A DNA stretch of 29,011 nucleotides. Source: Candidatus Methylomirabilia bacterium (GTDB lineage: Bacteria > Methylomirabilota > Methylomirabilia > Rokubacteriales > CSP1-6). A model generated the notes under the pieces. The model was not told the DNA's origin, ran no database searches, and saw only the letters and a program-made list of their open reading frames with translations. Made by a program: the position numbers and the translations under genes. Positions 24,986 to 29,011 of the stretch are shown here, piece by piece. Numbering within the stretch: position 1 is the first letter of the stretch; each line of letters opens with the position of its first letter. The stretch is taken from NCBI GenBank assembly GCA_041496385.1, contig JBGQEL010000048.1, positions 1 through 29,011 of the forward strand, in the 5' to 3' direction.

Positions 24986-26800
24986 TGTAGCGGGGGCCGC
25001 GAGGCCGGCTTGGACCGGAGGGTGGCCTGCTGTAGACGCGTCCTGGCTCCGGTCCGCAGTCATCCGTCGGCGAAGGGCTTCGGTGGCGGCTCGATCCACT
25101 TCGATCTGGAGGCCGGTTCCCGCGATCACGACGCCGTAGTCGCGCCGTGCGGCCTCGACGGTCACGTAGTCGTCGAGCACGTCCTCGAGCACGCGCGCCG
25201 GGTCGCGCGCGAGCGGATCGCCGTAGCCGCCGGCGCCCGACTGCTGGAACGAGATGACGTCGCCGTACGCGAACTCGCGCGACGCCTTGCCGTGCACCGG
25301 CTGCGCGTCGCCGTCCGGGTTGATCACCGTCCGGCCCAGCGTTCCCGGTCGGCCGCCGAACAGCCCGTACGGCGGGAACTTCTGCCGGTCCGACAGATTC
25401 GTGAGCTTGCCCTCGTCGGCGAGGAAGCGCAGATCGCGGCGGATGCCGCAGCCCCCGCGGAACCTCCCGGGCCCGGCCGAGTCGCGGACCAGCTCGAAGC
25501 GCTCGACGACGATCGGCTGATTCGCCTCCTGCGCCTCGACCGGAATATTCGCGGCGTTGAACGCCCACGACATCGCCTCGCAGCCGTCCTTCGTCGCGCG
25601 CGCGCCCGTCCCCGAGAGCACCAGCTCGTAGGCGACGAAGGGGCGCCGCCGCGCGCGGTCCCGGCCGCCGAAGGTCGGATTCGCCATGTGCGAGGCGGCC
25701 GCGGCGACGCGGTCGGGCACGGCGCGGGCAAGCGCGCCGATGACCGACTCGAACGTGCGGTAGCAGATGATCGCGCGCGGGCCCCCGCCCGCCGGCGGCC
25801 GCGGGTTCAGGAAGGAGCCCTCGGGCGCCTTCACGGCGATGGGCCTGAGCGCGCCCTCGTTCATCGGTCCGAACGGATCGGTCAGGCACTTCACCGCGGC
25901 GTAGGAATACGAACGGGTGTAGTTGATGTAGGAGTTCATGCCCGACGCGGTCTGCGGGCTCGAGCCCTCGAAGTCGATCGTCATCGTGTCGCCGGCGACG
26001 GTCACCGTGACGGCCACGCGCAGCGGGTCGGTCCCCGGCCCCCAGTCGTCCATGAAGTCCTCGAACGCGTAGACGCCGTCGGGGAACGCGCGGATCGCGG
26101 CGCGCATGTTCGACTCGGTGCGCGCGAGGATCTCCTCCATCGCGGCGAAGAGCGTCTCGTGCCCGTAGCGCGCGGCCAGCTCCTGAAGCCGCAGCTCGCC
26201 GACGCGCAGCGCGCTCCGCTGGGCGCGCAGGTCGCCGAGGACCTTCTCGGGCGTGCGCGTGTTCGCCGCGATGATCCCGACGATGCCCGCGTCCTCCTGG
26301 TACTCCCGCCAGACCTTGGTCGGCGGGATGCGGAGGCCTTCCTGGAAGTAGTCGAAGATGCCCTCGACACCCTGGCTGCCCGGCCGCTGGCCGCCGACGT
26401 CGGTGTGGTGGAGGATGTTCACGGCGAAGCCGACGAGCCTGCCCTCGTGGAACGCGGGCTGCGTGACGAAGAAATCGGGGAGGTGCCCGGAGCCGAGCAG
26501 CGGATCGTTCAGGAGGATCGCGTCGCCCGGCCTGAGGGTCTCCGCGGGATGCGCGGCGAGCGCGTTCTTGACGGCGAACGACATCGCGCCCATGTGGCCC
26601 GGCGAGTACGGGCCCTGCGCGACCATGCGCCCCCGGGCGTCGAAGACCGCGACCGAGAAGTCCTGGCCCTCGCGCGCCTGCTCCGAGTACGCCGTCTTGT
26701 GGACCGTCGTTCCGACCTCCACGGCGATCGACTGGAGCGCGCCCCAGATGACGCCGAGGGTGATCGGATCGAGCGCGGCGGCCGCCCGCGGCGGGCTCAT
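24917..26800 (-). CDS. Hydantoinase B/oxoprolinase family subunit (copy 1) with repeat-derived C-terminal tail
   Basis: From ATG at 26800 (MSPPRAAAALDPITLGVIW). REGQDFS, PGHMG, NDPLLGSGHLPD, HHTDVGG, QEGLRIPP, DSAGPGRFRGG, GAGGYGDP, AARRDYGV. Confidence 0.93.
   Translation of the reverse strand: MSPPRAAAALDPITLGVIWGALQSIAVEVGTTVHKTAYSEQAREGQDFSVAVFDARGRMVAQGPYSPGHMGAMSFAVKNALAAHPAETLRPGDAILLNDPLLGSGHLPDFFVTQPAFHEGRLVGFAVNILHHTDVGGQRPGSQGVEGIFDYFQEGLRIPPTKVWREYQEDAGIVGIIAANTRTPEKVLGDLRAQRSALRVGELRLQELAARYGHETLFAAMEEILARTESNMRAAIRAFPDGVYAFEDFMDDWGPGTDPLRVAVTVTVAGDTMTIDFEGSSPQTASGMNSYINYTRSYSYAAVKCLTDPFGPMNEGALRPIAVKAPEGSFLNPRPPAGGGPRAIICYRTFESVIGALARAVPDRVAAAASHMANPTFGGRDRARRRPFVAYELVLSGTGARATKDGCEAMSWAFNAANIPVEAQEANQPIVVERFELVRDSAGPGRFRGGCGIRRDLRFLADEGKLTNLSDRQKFPPYGLFGGRPGTLGRTVINPDGDAQPVHGKASREFAYGDVISFQQSGAGGYGDPLARDPARVLEDVLDDYVTVEAARRDYGVVIAGTGLQIEVDRAATEALRRRMTADRSQDASTAGHPPVQAGLAAPATMTHIAPAAGHPRSKPASRPPLQ
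24982..25030 (-). repeat. Junction repeat, copy C (tandem, more diverged, one extra base)
   Basis: Plus strand tcattgtagcgggggccgcgaggccggcttggaccg identical to copy B, then gagggtggcctgc versus tgggtggcccgc. Confidence 0.88.
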
Positions 26801-28866
26801 CGCGGCGCCAGCTCCACGATCAGGCTGGCGTACTCGTCCACCGTGGCCGCCGTCCCCGGCGGCAGCACGGTCGTGGACTCGCGCTCCTCGACGATCGCCG
26901 GGCCCTCGACGCGCATCCCCGAGGCCAGCGCGTAGCGGTCCCAGACCGGCGTCGCGGTCCAGCCGCGCGTCTCCGGGAACCACGCGCGCCGCGTCCCCTT
27001 GTCCGCGCGCGCGCCCGGACGCGCGCCGGCCTTGGCGAGCGTGACGCGCGGCGAGCCGCCGACGGCCGAGAGCTTCCACGTGACGATCTCGACGGGCTCG
27101 TCCGGGTTGGCGTAGCCGTAGCGCGCCGCGTAGACCTCGTCGAACGCCGCCCGGACGCGGGTGAGCGCCGCGGCGTCCAGCCGGCCGGACGGCACGGGGA
27201 CGGTCAGCTCGTAGCCCTGGCCCAGGTAGCGCGCGTCGGCGGCGCGCGTCACCGCGATCTCGCCCGCGACGGCCGACTCGCGGACGACCGCGAGGGCCTG
27301 CGCCGCCATCTCCTCGTACATTCGGGTGAGCTGCGCCCCGTCCACGCCGTCGAGCCGGCGCACGTAGGTTCGCGCCACGTCGAAGCGCACCTCGGCGGCG
27401 AGGAGGCCGATCGCGGCCGTGACCCCGGCCGCCGCCGGCAGGATGGCGCGCGGGATGCCGAGCGCGTGGGCGAGCCGGCAGCCGTGCACGGGGCCCGAGC
27501 CGCCGAAGGCGACGAAGGTGAGGTCGCGCGGGTCGCGCCCGCGCTCGATGGACACGACGCGCGTCGCGAGCTCCATGTTGGTGTTGACGATCGCGTGGAT
27601 GCCCCAGGCGGCCTCCTCGAGCGCGAGCCCGAGCGGCCGGGCCACGCGCGCCTCGACCGCACGCGCCGCCGCGGCGGCGTCGAGGCGGATCGCCCCGCCC
27701 GCGAAGTAGTCGGGGTCGATGTACCCGAGGACGACGTTGGCGTCGGTCACCGTCGGCTCGGTGCCGCCGCGGCCGTAGCACGCCGGGCCGGGTGTCGAGG
27801 ACGCGCTCTCGGGACCCACCGCGATCACCCCGAGCGTCGCGCGGGCGATCGAGCCGCCGCCCGCGCCGATCTCGACGAGGTCGATCGCCTGGATGTTCAT
27901 CGGGAGCCCGCTGCCCGGCGCGTTGTTGACGCGGTGGAGCTCGAAGGCCGTCGTCGTGGAGGGCCGGCCCTGCTCGATGAGCGCGAGCTTGGCGGTCGTC
28001 CCGCCCATGTCGAAGGCGATGAGATCGCGGTGGCCGGACAGCTCGCCGTACACGGCCGCCATGAGCGCGCCCGCCGCCGGGCCCGACTCGATCATCCGCA
28101 CGGGGTGGCGCTGCATCGCCTCGGCCGTCGCGACGCCGCCCGAGGACTGCATGACGAAGAGACGGCCGCCGTACCCGCGCGCGCCCATCGCGGCGGCGAG
28201 CCCGCGCAGGTACGCGCGGACCGCCGTCATGACGTAGGCGTTCACGACCGTCGTCGAGGTGCGCTCGTACTCGCGGAAGGTCGGCGACACCTCGTGCGAG
28301 AGCGTCACCGTCACCTGGGGCGCCTCCTCGGCCACGAGCGCCGCCAGCCGCTGCTCGTGCGCGGGGTTCAGGTAGGCGTGCAGCAGGCAGATCGCGAGCG
28401 TCGTCACGCCGCGCCCGGCGAGCTCGCGGATCGCGCGGCGCGCGTCGGCCTCGTCGAGCGGCGTCCGCACGGAGCCGTCGGCCAGGATGCGCTCGGTCAC
28501 CTCGCCGATCGCGCGGCGCGGGATGAGCGGCGCGGGCTTCTCGATCTGGAGGTCATAGACCTGGTAGCGCTTCTGGCGCCCGATGATCAGCACGTCGCGG
28601 AAGCCGCGCGTCGTGAGCAGGCCCACGCCCCGCGCCTTGCGCTCGATGACGATGTTCGAGCCGAGCGTGGTGCCGTGCACCGCCTGGGCGACGTCGCGCC
28701 AGCCGACGCCGCTGCTCGCGATCAGCTCGTCGAGGCCGGCCAGGCACGCCGCGGACGGGTCCGGGTAGGTCGTGAGCCGCTTGGCCGTGAAGAGCTCGCC
28801 CGACGGCGACTGGAGCACGAAGTCGGTGAACGTCCCCCCGACGTCGAACCCGACTCGATAGGCCAC
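26797..28866 (-). CDS. Hydantoinase A/oxoprolinase family ATP-binding subunit (copy 1)
   Basis: GFDVGGTFTDF, HGTT, REYERTSTT, ESGPAAG, DMGGTTAK, IGAGGGSIA, GPACYGRGG, PTVTDAN. Confidence 0.95.
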   Translation of the reverse strand: MAYRVGFDVGGTFTDFVLQSPSGELFTAKRLTTYPDPSAACLAGLDELIASSGVGWRDVAQAVHGTTLGSNIVIERKARGVGLLTTRGFRDVLIIGRQKRYQVYDLQIEKPAPLIPRRAIGEVTERILADGSVRTPLDEADARRAIRELAGRGVTTLAICLLHAYLNPAHEQRLAALVAEEAPQVTVTLSHEVSPTFREYERTSTTVVNAYVMTAVRAYLRGLAAAMGARGYGGRLFVMQSSGGVATAEAMQRHPVRMIESGPAAGALMAAVYGELSGHRDLIAFDMGGTTAKLALIEQGRPSTTTAFELHRVNNAPGSGLPMNIQAIDLVEIGAGGGSIARATLGVIAVGPESASSTPGPACYGRGGTEPTVTDANVVLGYIDPDYFAGGAIRLDAAAAARAVEARVARPLGLALEEAAWGIHAIVNTNMELATRVVSIERGRDPRDLTFVAFGGSGPVHGCRLAHALGIPRAILPAAAGVTAAIGLLAAEVRFDVARTYVRRLDGVDGAQLTRMYEEMAAQALAVVRESAVAGEIAVTRAADARYLGQGYELTVPVPSGRLDAAALTRVRAAFDEVYAARYGYANPDEPVEIVTWKLSAVGGSPRVTLAKAGARPGARADKGTRRAWFPETRGWTATPVWDRYALASGMRVEGPAIVEERESTTVLPPGTAATVDEYASLIVELAPR

Positions 28867-28875
28867 GGTGCCGTT

Positions 28876-29011
28876 TCAGGTCCGCCGGTCGGCGCGGGCC
28901 AGGACGAGCCGGTACGGGTAGCGCCGGCTCGTCTGATAGGTGATCGCGTACTCGACGGGCTCGCCGCTCGCCGCGAAGTAGGTGCGCTCGAAGAGGAGCA
29001 GCGGCGAGCGC
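28876..29011 (-). CDS. GntR/HutC-family regulator, C-terminal UTRA domain (partial)
   Basis: Own translation: ...RSPLLLFERTYFAASGEPVEYAITYQTSRRYPYRLVLARADRRT*. The LLxxERxxxxxxGxPVEY pattern is typical of UTRA domain ends. Confidence 0.75.
   Translation of the reverse strand, partial: RSPLLLFERTYFAASGEPVEYAITYQTSRRYPYRLVLARADRRT

Noticed and set aside
24917..25030. Tandem 36 bp identical repeats with a 29 bp gap resembling a mini CRISPR array
   Set aside because: Only two tandem units, the gap is itself part of the repeat (also in copy A), it lies in coding sequence, and there are no cas genes or leader.
23760..25889. 709 aa ACAD with long N-terminal extension (and similar extensions on other minus-strand ORFs)
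   Set aside because: The extensions overlap upstream genes out of frame. RTGA overlaps and family N-termini mark the real starts.
179..28768. Numerous long plus-strand ORFs (e.g. 264..1658, 7304..9163, 8878..11010, 15355..17403, 24956..26935)
   Set aside because: They are antisense to well-supported genes and show no family motifs. Such ORFs are expected from stop-codon scarcity at this GC content.

Overview
Very GC-rich bacterial DNA (roughly 70%+ by eye) filled almost completely by one minus-strand operon-like run of 27 genes, open at both window edges. By my start assignments, 20 of 26 junctions overlap stop/start codons and no gap exceeds about 10 bp. Transcription order (right to left): GntR/UTRA regulator (partial), hydantoinase/oxoprolinase A+B pair 1, acyl-CoA dehydrogenase, MaoC hydratase, SCP2-type thiolase, 3-hydroxyacyl-CoA dehydrogenase, amidohydrolase, Zn-ribbon/OB-fold protein, B12-dependent acyl-CoA mutase small+large subunits, xanthine-dehydrogenase-family Mo subunit, CoA transferase, opine dehydrogenase, LLM oxidoreductase, stand-alone V4R protein, epimerase-like VOC protein, hydantoinase A+B pair 2, five-gene Liv-type ABC importer, PaaK-like CoA ligase, second CoA transferase, second acyl-CoA dehydrogenase (partial). 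The enzyme set follows the logic of the anaerobic indoleacetate (iaa) pathway but adds modules and has several altered active-site motifs, suggesting an uncharacterised, probably oxygen-independent catabolic route for an N-heterocyclic/lactam acid (inference). A ~62-65 bp repeat occurs three times, only at gene junctions; the full unit is a 22-codon mini-ORF bounded by ATGA, which would preserve translational coupling. No RNA genes, CRISPR arrays or transposases were seen. Most plus-strand ORFs in the track are shadow ORFs.
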